DNA of 64,000 nt, from the NCBI GenBank assembly GCA_036785375.1, contig JAWMAR010000131.1, positions 310,001-374,000 on the forward strand, in the 5' to 3' direction. The notes beneath the pieces were generated by a model. The model worked only from the letters and a program-made list of their open reading frames with translations. It had not been told where the DNA came from and searched no databases. Position numbers and translations under genes: made by a program. The number at the start of each line of letters is the position of its first letter. Position 1 is the stretch's first letter. This DNA comes from Leucoraja ocellata (lineage: Eukaryota). Positions 1 through 12,607 of the stretch are shown here, one piece after another.

Positions 1-229
1 CAAACCAGATGGTAATATTCCCGGACAAGATGCTTTCCGCCGCCGCTGCGTAGAAGCACTGGAGGATCCTCGGAGACACTCTGAATTTCCTCAATTGCCT
101 GAGGTGGTAAAGGCGCTGCCTTGCCTTACTCACGAATGCCGAGTAGTGTGATGCCCATGTCATATCCTCGGAGATGTGGACTCCCAGATATTTAAAACAG
201 TTCACCCTATCCACAGGATCCCCATTTAC
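1..229 (-). mobile_element. Rex1/Babar LINE RT C-terminal fragment, running off the window edge
   Basis: Minus-strand translation reads VNGDPVDRVNCFKYLGVHISEDMTWASHYSAFVSKARQRLYHLRQLRKFRVSPRILQCFYAAAAESILSGNITIWF, with the FKYLG..I..DL.W and QRLY.LR.L motifs typical of Rex1/Babar. Confidence 0.85.
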
Positions 230-314
230 CCCTTGATGCAACAGCGTCTTCTGGTTGCCAGCTGTATTGCCTCAAGAGTTGCATGCATGCTGTATTGCAT
301 AGCAAGTGTACATG

Positions 315-655
315 AGTGTAGTGGTTAAGGCACTGGATGAACTGAGAGCCATCATTAAAATTGTGGAATGTACATTTATACAACCAAACTAAATCTGGAA
401 TTTAAAATAAATACTAATCCCTGTAACTCTAAAAAAATGTAAAAATCTACCGAGTACACTAATGCATTTCAGAGGAAAATGTTGCCTTCCTTGTATCTCT
501 AAACTAAACTAAGCTAAGCTCAATCCTTGCAGCCATACATGTGAATCCAGATCCACTAAAATGCTTGACCATAACAGCCTCTTCAATTTAAGGGTATTTA
601 AGGTTAGGCAATAAATGTTTGCCTTGAAAACATCATTCAAATCCCATGAATTGGA
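315..655 (+). mobile_element. Old chondrichthyan tRNA-derived SINE with an inserted HE1 tail (491-520)
   Basis: A-box-like tgtagtggtt, then taaatctggaatt, cactaatgcattt, catgtgaatccagatccac and a tail ggcaataaatg...atcccatgaat. Paralogous to 6935-7230; the tail is shared with 1200-1545. Confidence 0.5.
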
Positions 656-974
656 TTGTAAAAATCTAGTTTGGCTTCAACTTCTCATATTCTTGGCCCT
701 CCGAAAAAATCAGATGCATATTTAGCAGACAATTCTCAGTCCTTGAAAACATGTTTTGCCCTTGTGCAACATTTTGTCTTTAAGTAACATTCTTTAAGTA
801 ACATTCCCTTTTTTTAATTTTGTAAAAGTTCCATAATTACTTTGTTGCGTCCATTTTTTAGCTGTTTCACTTAATTGACTTCACTTTTTAAGATAAGGAA
901 GCCTTATTTCATGTAGAAAATACGTGTGAACTATGAGTTCCAATAAGATTGGCAATAAGACAAGGTCACATTAT

Positions 975-1150
975 TAGTACAAAAACTGGAAGAACACAAT
1001 GGATCAGGTTGCACCCGTGAATGGAAATGGACAGGTGACATTTTAGGTTGGGACCCTTCTTCAGATTGATGGAGTAGAGAGGACAGCTGATAAAAATAGG
1101 TGAGGGAACAGGGTGAAACACGAGCTGGTAAAATGCAAAGTAACCTGGTT
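975..1150 (-). mobile_element. Penelope-terminus-derived element, diverged single arm
   Basis: ggtgacattttaggttgggacccttcttcaga is antisense to the ctgaagaagggtc...gaaacgtcacc motif. Confidence 0.65.
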
Positions 1151-1199
1151 GGATGGCACCTGATCGTCACTTAAACCATCACTTATTTTATCAGCAGTA

Positions 1200-1545
1200 T
1201 GTGTACAAAATTGCACCACCGCTTTCTCAAGATTATTTTGCCAACACTTCTTAAACGTACAAATGACTACTTCTTCAAAAGACTAGGGCAGCATGCAAGA
1301 ACACTGTCCCTTGCAAGACTACCCCTTCCCGAGTCACACAGCAAATAAGAAATAAATATACAGCTATTCATTGTTGTTGGATCAAATTCTTGGGGCTTGC
1401 TGTTTAACAGGTAATCTACAGACAGCTGACTGCATGGAAGGTAACAGTTATAAGAAGATAGCTTGCTACTGCCTTCTCAGGAGCAATTAAGGATCAACAA
1501 TAAATGATGCCTTGTTAATGCAGTCCCACGAAAATATAATAAAAA
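1200..1545 (+). mobile_element. Old non-LTR retrotransposon 3' end (CR1/L2 group)
   Basis: Degenerate gactagggcagc...gtcacac...ttctcaggagcaattaaggatcaacaataaatg tail, similar to 590-650. Confidence 0.45.
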
Positions 1546-2644
1546 AACGCAGAACAACTTTCAGAAGCAAATGTATCTAGAATATATCATCCCAAATAAC
1601 AAATTAAATTTCAAGTAGGAAAATGGCAGTATTTCATGCAGCATAAACGCTTCTGAGAATTGAGATGATAAATGATCTTAAAGAATGAGTACTTTGACTT
1701 GGAAGCTTAAACTTATTTTAATCTGCCATTTAATCAAACAATGCATCTTTATATTGATATTGTAGAGTAAAGAAAAGTAACTGCTGGATTTAATAGTGTT
1801 TTATTACATTCTGACAGTGATGCTCAGCTAACCCCTCACTACTAGCTGAACTTTGCACCATGCTGTTATCCAGGAGGCCTCCTGTTTCTCTTGGGAGAAG
1901 GCAAAGAGCTATGGAGTCATAAAGACTACAGACTTTATACATTCAAACTAATGCAAATCTAAAATTAGTCAATAGAGGTATACAACAGACAGGTTTTCTA
2001 TTCATTATAAAGATACTAAATTGTGTTTATGGCACACAGTGCACTGCAGTTTTAACAGCATCACAAATAAGATTGATAGCAGGATTGTGACAAGCTTCAT
2101 TGGAATGGATGAAACACCATAAATTACAGGCCATTTTATGTTTTCACAGTCTTTTACACATGGCTCGGTTTTGGTAGTGCATAGATTGCACAATAATGTT
2201 TCTCTTATTAATTTAAAAGTGATTAGTAATCTCAAAGACTTCTAGAAGGTAAATGTGAAAACAAAACTATAAATAATGAAACAACTTGCGCCTTGACTGA
2301 TCGGAGGACACCCAGAGAATGTACCGACGATTTCTGCCTTGTAAACTCACCTGATGTGCTCTTGGACACTTGAACGAAGGATTTTAATTTTTAGTTATTT
2401 TTCCTGGTTTTAATGGGTGGTGGGGGCCTCAAAAGCATTAGCTTGGCCTCTGAATTTTTATGAAAAGGTTCCTTTTATCAATGAGGCTCCACAGATCTGA
2501 GTGTTTGAGATGGCAGACATATTTTGATGTGCTAATTTAGATTTGATGATGGAAATTACCCTTGGCTGCATTAGGTTGGAGGTGGTAAGATTGATTATAT
2601 GGTTGAGGAATTAAAAATTCAGAAAAAATAAATTTGGAAAACAA

Positions 2645-2906
2645 GGTTTAGGTTTGTTCTGAGCACACTGGGTTCCCCAACAGCCCAAAATGTGCAACTT
2701 GGTACGTTGTTTGCCCACTAAATGTCTGCTAGAGTGCAGATGAGTGATGGAATCTTGCGATTTTTGGGAATGTGTGGAGAATGAAATGGGTTTGGATAGG
2801 ATTAGTGTAAAAATGGATGCTCGGTAGAAAAATGAGCACTTGAAGGCAGGCACGACCTCAATGGGCCGATGGGCCTGTTTCTGTGTTGTATCTTTCCGTG
2901 GCTCTG
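2645..2906 (+). mobile_element. Degenerate V-SINE/CR1-type 3' region
   Basis: Ends in tgggccgatgggcctgtttctgtgttgtatct, the tail shared by the HE1 and CR1 copies in this window. Confidence 0.5.
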
Positions 2907-4937
2907 ACTAACTAAAACAGCTGCTATATCCCATCATTGATCATGATTCTCCTGCAACTGCCCTCTGTCTCTTTAACTATACCTCCCCATACCGCTCCAC
3001 CCCGAACCCAGCTTCTAAACTGGGCTGGAGAACGGGTTGTGTTAAAATCATATCTGGTTGCCCGTTTGACTTTGGGCTCATTCCGTCATTTGGAAACAGT
3101 GGTCCCACAAGTCAATTGCTCCAAAACAGTGTCAATTCCAATATTTAAAATTTGCAAGCTTTCCTGAGGAAAAAGTAGATCAAATATGAATAAGTCCAAA
3201 ATGGTGTACTGCAATCATATGCAAAAAATGTTCGGCATTGTATGTGGTTTCTTCCTATTAAGGTCAAATCCTCCTTCGAGTTTTAACAGGCAATTTTGAA
3301 TGACAGGTTTGGGAATCACAATAATCCAATTATAAGCATCTATCCTGACAAAACTCTATTTAAATGATATAATTCCCTCCCCCCCAACACAGACCCCAAC
3401 ACACACAATTCTCTTAATAAGATTATTTGTCTTGTTTGTGCTATCTCAGCTAGACTGACAGAAAAACACACCACCTCCTCAGTACTGAAGCCATTTTACA
3501 GTTGTTGCTCCATAGGACATTTTGAGAGTTTTCCCCTGTCTGGCATTCTTTTGAAAACAGAACAGTAGTTATCATTCTTCAGACTCTGAAACCCAGTCCT
3601 GACAGAATCCAGATCAGTTCTCTTTGCCAAAAAGTTGATTTCCTGTTTGCTGGAGTCATTTATCACAGACACTCCCATCTGTGCTGTTTGCACTTGACAG
3701 AATGACACGTGTCATTTATCATATGAGCTGTAAAAGGCTGTGGGAATGGGAATTGAAATCCTTTTGGAAGTGCTGGGTATGCAGTGCTTGATCATTAAGA
3801 TGGTCGTTTCCAAAAAGGGTTGTTTACTGAACGGGAGACATTTCTACTGATGGTACTGATTCTTAAGACAAAATTTAGCCAATTTAATTTTATATGCTTC
3901 AAATTTATAGCCAAGTTCTACTTTGTTGAATCATTTAGTTTAAAATAATATTGCCACAAGAAATTTCTGACTTACAGATCAAAACTCTATTGGCCTTAAA
4001 GGTGGCATAACGAGCTCCAGTAATGCTTTCATTTACTTGTCGGAAGAGTTAAAATTGCAGTCTTTGTGCATGAAGCCTTTCCTCTTGAATCGCCGATGCC
4101 AGAAATCACTGCTGATATTGGCAAAGGTTGAACCATTCTAGGATAGTGGGATACTCCATTGTTTTCTATCCTGGCTAATAGAAATTCACTTTAAGAACCT
4201 CATTTGACTTTCTATGTTGATTGTGATTATTGTCTACAGATGAACCCTTGTTAAGAAAACCATGTATTGGCAATTCCCAATGCAAAGTTTAGTCTCAATC
4301 ATCAAGTGATATAGGAAACTATTATCTATTAAATGAACAGTGAAATGAATAAAAGGATTTTAAACACTACTTAAAAATAAAAGAAAGACTTTGTGAAGAA
4401 ATGTTTTTTCAGCACATAAAATGTTTGCACTAAATCTTTCAGGTGTTAAAACCAGTTTGTGAACGATACTCCAACGTGACGCATGCTTGTGTTGGATTTA
4501 ATGCATATAAATGCACGTAGGGCTTTGTTTGCTCGTTGCTTGCAGTATACTGCAACAGTTTAAATATTTTGACTGGCATCCATGGGATTTTGTATCTGCA
4601 TAACCAGTCTCAAGTAAGTTGTAATATTTTTTTAATTGAGAATTGAGTAGGTGGACAAGAAAGGGTTAACACGCTGATTTTTATTTTAACAGTTTTAACA
4701 CTAATGCAGTCGCAAACGTATACAGAGAACAAACAACACATGGTTGAGAATAAAATGACATTGTATTTCCAGTTAACTGTGATAGCAGCAATTATGTAAC
4801 CTTAAACACATTACCACGGGGAAAAAGAATCAATTGTGCAAAAAATAAATGTTTTCTTGTTTCTACATGTTCAATTAAAAAATATATATAATATGAAATG
4901 AATATAAAATATTTGTGTGCTGTTGCTATTCTCTCAG

Positions 4938-4970
4938 TGCCCAGCAGTGGGAAAAAATGCAGTATTATAC
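4938..4970 (+). other. Candidate 33-nt frame-preserving microexon
   Basis: Acceptor gtgtgctgttgctattctctcAG and donor TAC|GTAAGT; 33 nt, open in all three frames. No protein match recognised. Confidence 0.3.
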
Positions 4971-6419
4971 GTAAGTGAATTTAGTTCATCCTATGGCATG
5001 TAAAAGACGATTATGTGCATTCACAATGCAGAGACGGAGTACTAAGCTTGAAGAATCACTGTGGAACTGCTAGTATTTATTTGTAGCTGCACATTATAAC
5101 TAATTTAACCAATTCTTCCCATTTTGAATGACTTTGTGGCATCTTTTCCTGCATTGGTCAGGTCACAAGTACATAATGATTAGGAGATTCCTACAACAGT
5201 CTGTTTTTTTAAATCTTTTTCATTCCTGAATGCAGTCTTTTCCCCCCTGATGATTCTGAATGTTGATAGTCCTGTGCATGTAAAGTAAATCATGTAGTAT
5301 GCTGTAGTTCAGGGTGTTTTAGAAAGCTGGCTTTTTATATTGTCTTAACTAATTGAGTTTTCCTCTAGTGCATTCATTCGTGTTAGAATCGTAGGAGACA
5401 TTGGTGCAGTGTAACCTCATCTGTCCTACAAGCTATTAAAAGATATGCAAATTGTGTAATCTGTAAATTAAATGTAATTGTGCTTCATAATATCGTGCCA
5501 TGTAGACACAGTAGTTTTAAATGGTTATACAGTGTTGAGGTGATCAATGACAAAGCAATTATTCCAATGTTTTTAAAACACCTTAAACGCTGATTATTCA
5601 TGCTCCATATTTTAAAGATTGATTCGGTGTTTGTTGTAGACAGAGAATGTTTATCTCCACACCAGACAACTTGTGTTTCTATGGTGTGGTATCTGAAGGT
5701 GAAATGTTTGTGAACAAAAACAAAAGCTCTGTAAGATTTTGAGTCCTGAATGAACATGAGACATCCAATGAGATGAAACCATGGATAAATTTGCACATTT
5801 CTTCCAAAGATCTGGGTGTATATCCAGTTCATCAACGGAGAAAAGATGGCTGCATCTTTAATTATGCATGAAGGTGTTAATACTCCTGTTCATCGGTATC
5901 AGTGGTTCGAACATCTACTTCTCAACCCCATCTATCTCATCTTCCCGGCCCTAAAATCCAATAATTGTGCCTATATTTCGTTGTAGTTCCAAATAGGAAG
6001 TACAACCTTGTCCTACAGTTGTATTCTCACTCTATAGGCCATATTTTGCTTCTCTTCACTAGTAACAAATATAACCATGTTAGAACCATGTTATTAACAA
6101 GGCTCCATGATAAAAAAAAAATGCAATGTAGTCATTGTAGCTTATTTCAGTAGCAATGAAGATTGATTGAGAAAATAATTCCCTGGAAATGCTCTTTAGG
6201 TTTGCAAAATGTATGTTGCATTCAATATTAAAGCCTATTTGAATCTCCCATTAGAATATGTGAAATTGGGCAAAGGTATGTTCAAAGTAGAACTGTGCTG
6301 CTTTGAACACTTAATTCATGAATCAAAGGGCATGTGCCATTACTGTAGTGATCACAGGGCAGTCCAACATCTCTCTATACTGTCCCTTATAACATTTTCC
6401 TTTCCCCTGACGAATATGG

Positions 6420-6491
6420 AAAAAGGGTCTTGATCTGAAACGTCGCCCATTCCTTCTCTCCAGAGATGCTCCACCGTTCTGTGTCTATCTA
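6420..6491 (+). mobile_element. Penelope-terminus-derived fragment
   Basis: agggtcttgatctgaaacgtcgcccattccttctctccagagatgct. Confidence 0.7.
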
Positions 6492-6934
6492 TAAGCAATC
6501 TCTTTCTCTCTCTCTCTCCATGACAGCTGCAGACCAGCTGAAGGAAAAGATTACCATGGAGCTATAGGGAGAAGCAGCCATGTTTATAGTGTGTTTCTCA
6601 CCATCCATGTGGTCTAATGCTGCCAGCCTGTGTATAGCCAACATTTTCTGCTATAATTGATGATGTTGCGTGACTAACTCTGGAAAATCACACAGGACAA
6701 TTTCCCGTTAAGAGCAAATTAAATGGGAATTGCTCACTGCTAACCCAACCACAAAAAAATGTTTTTGCATTGTTTTTGCATGTAAAATGTGTCACAAGGA
6801 GTCAAATCTCCAGGCGAATTGGGCAGAGATTGTTCCTTGGTTACATGTGATACTTGGCATTACTGTGTGTTGTATATGAATTCCACTTCCAAAATTCAGT
6901 TCTATTAGGTACAGTCGTGAGGCAGCAATTAAAT

Positions 6935-7230
6935 TACTGGATAATTCACCCAGTGGCCTTGACTAATATTTGACTAAGAGTTCAGATATCTGAGTTCAAA
7001 TCTTAGCATGGCTGCGGTACTTGCATCCAGTTCATAATATGGAATTTAATAAAAAAGCATTAATTACGAGTGATGACCTCAGGTTTACCGTTTTGTTGTA
7101 AACATCTGTCTAGTTCATCAATGTCTTTTAAGCAAGAACTCTGATATCCATACCTAGCCGATGTACATATTGACAGCCTACATGTAACTCCAGACCTGCC
7201 AATGTCCTTTAAATGACCTCTGAAATGTCC
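6935..7230 (+). mobile_element. Old chondrichthyan tRNA-derived SINE
   Basis: B-box-like gagttcaaatc and gcctacatgtaactccagacc; paralogous to 315-655. Confidence 0.5.
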
Positions 7231-7456
7231 CAACAAAATAATTAATACATTTAAAAATAATGCATTATCATGCATTTAGCACATATAACCAAGTACCAAT
7301 TCTTACCTCGATATCGTATCCAGTTGAGAGTTTGAAGTAATCAGGTTTTAAACACGATTTCTTGCCATGTGCTGGTGAAAATAACTGGCATGGATCATGC
7401 TGTGGAGATAGAAAATCGCAGAATCAAGGCTGCAAGGCTCCAATGGATATTAAACA

Positions 7457-7652
7457 GCACACAACATGCTAGAGTAACTCAGCAGGTCAGCATCTCTGGA
7501 GGGAATGGATAGGTGACATTTTGGCTCAGGGTCCTTCTTCAGGCTATCAACATGTTGCCTATCCATTCACTCAAGAGATGCTGCCCAACCCACTGAGTTA
7601 CTCCAGTACTGTGATTTACTCAAGATTCCAGCATCTGCAGTTCCTTGTGTCT
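7457..7652. mobile_element. Palindromic Penelope-terminus-derived element
   Basis: Arm gagtaactcagcaggtcagcatctctgg is inverted relative to gagatgctgcccaacccactgagttactc; ends in ccagcatctgcagttccttgtgtct. Confidence 0.8.
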
Positions 7653-7684
7653 GCAACAGTTATTACCTTTGTTGAGATGCTGCT

Positions 7685-8245
7685 TGCCCTGAGTCAAGAA
7701 GTCATGGTGCAGCTTTATTTGGTTTGGGTAGGTTGCATTTGGAGCATTGCCTGCAGTTCTGTTCACCCCCTTACAGAAAGCATGTGGAGGCTTTGGAAAG
7801 GGTGCAGAGGTTGTTTACCAGAATTATGCCTGGATTAGGGAGTATTAGCTACAGGAAAAAGTTGGACACACTTGGATTGTTTTCTCTGGAATGCCGGAGG
7901 TTGCACAGGGACTTGATAAACATATATAAAATAATAAGAGGCATAAAATCAAATACTAGAGGGCATAGCTTTAAGGTGAGAGGGGAAACGTTTAAAGGAA
8001 ATGTGTGTCAAGTTTTTTTACACAGAGGGTGGTTGGTGCCTGGAACACGCTGCCAGGAGTGGTGGTTGATGCTAATATGATAGTGACATTTAAGATACGT
8101 TTGGATAGGCATATGGATATGCATTACAAGGAGGGATATGAATTACTCACAGGCAGATAAGAGTTGGTCTTGGCATCATATTTGGCGTAGACATTGTGGG
8201 CCGAAGGGACAGTTTTTGTGAAGTACTGTTCAATGTTTTATGTCT
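7685..8245 (+). mobile_element. CR1 (HER1-like) LINE 3' fragment
   Basis: ORF 7724-8080 reads LEHCLQFCSPPYRKHVEALERVQRLFTRIMPGL...LGLFSLECRRL...TRGHSFK, the CR1 ORF2 C-terminus, followed by a gtgggccgaaggg tail. Confidence 0.9.
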
Positions 8246-9235
8246 CCTGTTGTGGACATCTACCTGGCAACAAAGGAGAAATGGTTTGTGAGAAAGTTGA
8301 GTACATTGCCGTGTGTATGTAATGGCACTAAAACGCACCATTCCCCTCAGCGTTGATGTTATTGAGCTTTTCAAGTGCCTATAAGAGATTACCCCAAAAG
8401 TTGGCCACTTTTCTTGTTTAGTATTTCAACATCTTGTGCCGAAAGATTGGAATTCAGCCATCTTTATTTCACCTAATACATGAGAATGCCAGCACCAATG
8501 CTGGCAAAGTAAGAAAATATTTCAAAATTGGGACATCCTTGCTTTAAAATAATGTTGTCCTGATTTGCTTCACTTTAAGACCACTGAACACAACTTGCAC
8601 TTTTCATAGATGCTACTGCCTTCCATACAGACAGCTGCTATGTGATTGTGGTATGCTGACTGGGAGGAAATTAATCTTCCTTTAAGGAGATCCTTCCACG
8701 GCAGCCTGACTGGAGGGAGCAAGGGCTCTGTGGCCAAGGAAGGGCTCCAAAGCAGTTTGCAGGTCCCTCACTCTACAAAGGTCCACTGGCATCAATTATT
8801 TTTATAAAATATAGGTTTACGAGGGATGCTCTTCCATATATAAAAATGGAATCCCAAGAGTCACTTTAGTTCATCCAAAGTTCAGTACTTTCATCATAAT
8901 GTACTCCACATTTTATCGTGAGTTTTTTATGTGGGTTGAAAGTCGTGACCTTTGATCCACTTTCTGATGTTCAGTAATTAAAACGAGCCAAGCATGTTGA
9001 TGATGTCATCCCGTGCACACAATACAAAGGGGAAATGAACCCAATGTTAGGTACTAATCACGATAGGAAATGACCGGTCAAATTCTCCAGTCAGTGAAAA
9101 TTCAGCAATCAAATACCTCAATACAAGCAGAAACTGCCTTTTTTACGCATTAAAAAACGATGAAAATTGATCTAACGTCAGGACGCCAGACCTTCCTTTC
9201 TAAAGAATACCAGCATATGAACGATTAAAAAGTGA

Positions 9236-9450
9236 ACACACAAGGAACTGTAGATGCTGGTTTACAAAAAAAGGACACACATGGAGTATTAAGCAGGCCA
9301 GGCAGTATCTCTGGAGAACATGGATAGGTGACGTTTCAGGTTGGGACCCTTCTTCATACTCAAGACCCGAAACAAATGGATAGATATCCATTTTGTGTAG
9401 AGATGTTGCCTGTCTCGTTAAGTTATTCCAGCACTTTTTGTGTCTTTTTT
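9236..9450. mobile_element. Palindromic Penelope-terminus-derived element
   Basis: caaggaactgtagatgctgg...ggtgacgtttcaggttgggacccttcttca followed by the inverted arm gacccgaaac...gagatgttgcctg. Confidence 0.8.
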
Positions 9451-10069
9451 TCATTATAAGTGTTTAAGGACATGAGCCATTCTAGCATGAATATCTCCAT
9501 GTGATCTACTATAAAAACCTTCCCAGTGGGGGCATCGTGGATGAATGGTTGCATGGTCTAATAATGGCATGCTTGAAAGGTCGTACCTGTAACTGTGTCT
9601 GATTGACATGTAGCGGCTTCAGGACGTGCTCTCCTAATTCTGTTCTTTAAAGCGGCCACTCCTAGAGGGATATATCATGCAGCATATTTGTACTTGACTG
9701 TCAACTATGTATGAAACATCTATTAGAGTGCTGATATTCTATTGTATTTGGTGGTTATTCAGTAATATGAGCAGATGTCCATAGATGACTGCTCCTATTA
9801 CTAATTGGTCAAGGCATCAATAAACAATATAGAGAATTATACTCTAGTGGTAATGTTCATGTAAAGACCAAAGAAGGAAATTTCTGAAATAGTTTCAGAT
9901 GATCAGCATGTTTTCAGTCCATGTTTACAGTCCATCAAGGACGGAGGAAATGCTTGAACTGGTTCTCGGTAACGAGATGGGTCAAATTACCTTTTCAACT
10001 TTTCAACTTTTTTAACAAATGAGTGGAACTGAATTTGGTAAGAGTGCATTCTAGCTGGTACCAGATTTA

Positions 10070-10361
10070 CTTTAGACTTGAGACATACAGTGTGGAAACA
10101 GGCCCTTCGGCCCACTTAGACCGATCAGTGATCATCCCGTACACTAGTTGCACTATCCTACACACTAGGGACAAATTACAATTTACCAAAGCAAATACTA
10201 CAAACCTATACGTCTTTGTAGTGTGAGAAAAAACTGAAGCACCCTGAGAATACCACACAGTCACAGAGAAAACGTACAAACTCCATACGGACATCACTCG
10301 TAGTCACGATCGAACCTGGGTCTCTGGTGCTGTAAGGCAGCAACTCTACTGCAGTGCCACT
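10070..10361 (-). mobile_element. HE1-like V-SINE
   Basis: Antisense tail (atacagtgtggaaacaggcccttcggcccac), V-domain (gaaaacgtacaaactccatac) and tRNA-like head. Confidence 0.85.
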
Positions 10362-10789
10362 GTTCATCTGAGGCTGAGAAACATAGTTGGGGTACAGTAG
10401 AGTGGCAGCTTTAACCACTGCCTGCAATCTGACCTACAGAGAAAGATCCTGTAGCTGAAATAGAACACAATCCATTTCATCTACCCCACCCCCCCTCACA
10501 CCCCATCCCACCCTAATCAAATCTAGATTTTCCTTGTCAAATGCCATGAACAATAGACAGAACATTAAAGAAATCCTGGGAATTATAATTATAATATGTT
10601 TCATAATTGCCCAGTGCAATCAACTATGGTAATTTGACCAGTATACGAGTATATCAGATTGCACAGCAAAGAAAATTAACACATAAGTTTGTTTGCACAA
10701 CAGAATTGATTTGAAGAGCAGAATACAACAGCGGTCACCTGGGCAACTAAAGGAAAAAGCAATATATGTAAGACAAAGCAGTTTGCAAA

Positions 10790-10875
10790 AGGATCCCGAA
10801 CACAAACGTCACCTATCCATGTTCTCCAGAGATGCTGTCTGACCTGCTGAGTTATTGCGGCACTTTGTGTCTCTT
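10790..10875 (+). mobile_element. Penelope-terminus-derived single arm
   Basis: aaacgtcacctatccatgttctccagagatgctgtctgacctgctgagtta. Confidence 0.75.
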
Positions 10876-11134
10876 TTAAAAATACATGTAAGCTGCTGAG
10901 ATCAGGCCAGTGCCTTCAGTCAACATGCTTCACATATTTGATGTTGCTGCTCCAATCCCAGATTTTGCATCAATGTCAAAGATGCCTCAACCACTAAAGC
11001 AGGCATAAATAAGTATGACCATGAAGGCTTGCATGAAGAGAATGAAAGGCCAGGCTGTAGCTGAGGCATTATCTAGGAATCTACCACTGAGATTCCGATT
11101 CGTACATTTTCAAATTACGGCTACCTTCTTTCTA

Positions 11135-11278
11135 TGTAGGAAGGGACTGCAGATGCACACAATGCTGCAGTAACTCAGCAGGACAGGCAGCATCTGTGGA
11201 GAGAAGGAATGTGTGACGTTTCTGATTGAGACCCTTTTGGCCAGAGATGCTGCCTGTCCCGCTGAGTGTCTGTCTACT
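11135..11278. mobile_element. Palindromic Penelope-terminus-derived element, internally deleted
   Basis: ctcagcaggacaggcagcatctgtgg is inverted relative to ccagagatgctgcctgtcccgctgag. Confidence 0.75.
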
Positions 11279-12106
11279 TTCTTTCTACGGTTAGTAGGTG
11301 GAACTCGGGTCCAATCACCATAGGGAATGCCTTTTCAAAATCGAATCACTCATTTTTATGATCATTCTTTCTTGTTTTAAAGCTAAAAATTTCTGATAAA
11401 AGATCATTTTTAATACATTTATGTGATGTTTTGCCTATTAGTTTAGCAGCAGCTTTCACCTATTTATGAAGATTAAATGCCTCTATTAAAATGGAGGACT
11501 GGTATAGAAGCATGTCAAGCATTCACCTGTTTTTATTGGAAAAGTTATCTGGCGTGAATGTAATTTTCTTTTTTTTTGATAAATAAAAGGAATTTAAAAT
11601 TAATGCAAACTATTTGTAATATTTTTTGCTCTTTAAACCTTTGATGGTTGTAAAATGTCTTTTACGATCAGGCCTGACATTACTTATGTAAAATAAGCAT
11701 TGGAAAGGTAATTCTAAGTTATGTTATGAGAGTGACAAAGGAAAGGAAATGTTAATAGGGGACACCTGATAGACAAGAGCAGCTTGCATGTGTGCAGTTT
11801 GCACCTTATTTCGTAGTTCCTTCCCTGAGCTTTGGAAACAATTATATTTAACTCGTGCTCTTAACATCCCAACACATGGCATTGGGGTTGAACAAAAGGC
11901 GGACGGTAAAGTAACACATGAGAGGGGATAAAATGTATGCAGAGAATGAGTCAGATGAGACGATGTTCATATTTATGGATAAGAACTCTGTTTTAACATG
12001 TTGGTTGATGGGGATTATATTTAGATCAGCAATGGCCGAACAAGACTCGGTGCTGGACACCATATGAGCAGAAATGATTTTGACATATTGAAGTATATGA
12101 AAGGAA

Positions 12107-12166
12107 CTTTGGTGTCATATGACTGTACTTACTTCTAATAATATAAAAAATAAAAAAAAATAAAAA
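12107..12166 (+). mobile_element. 60-bp A-tailed retro-insertion with a perfect 17-bp TSD (L1/Tx1-style)
   Basis: gaagtatatgaaaggaa at 12090-12106 and 12167-12183 flanks a short sequence that ends in an A-rich tail. Confidence 0.8.
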
Positions 12167-12607
12167 GAAGTATATGAAAGGAAAGGTATGATCATCTCTG
12201 TGCTTATTGGCCTCAAAAGTATACGAGATTTGTTTTTCTAGGTGAGGTTATGATGGCAATCAGAAAAATAATTAAATCTGCCATACCTAGTTTGCCATTC
12301 ATGTACTGTGACCCGGAAGTTAAATGTGCCCACATTTCTCAAGAAATGCCAAATTCAAGAGTACAGTCCATAGAGACCAGAGATGCCACGCACTCCATAA
12401 ACTTGGCATTATTTAAATGTGAGTTAAGGTGATGGCCCATAGGCTAATTATCCTTTTAATATAAAGTGTTAAAACCTCAAAATTAAGGCCCTGCCTAAAC
12501 TGCGGAGGAGTTTCAAAATATTGCGACAAAGTTGTGGATAAGGTAGACGAGACTGGAACAAAAAGCAAAATCTCCTTTAATCAATGATAGTAATTTCTAA
12601 ACGTCAA

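Noticed and set aside
8646-8810. Short open frame WYADWEEINLPLRRSFHGSLTGG as an exon
   Set aside because: No convincing splice sites and no recognisable homology.
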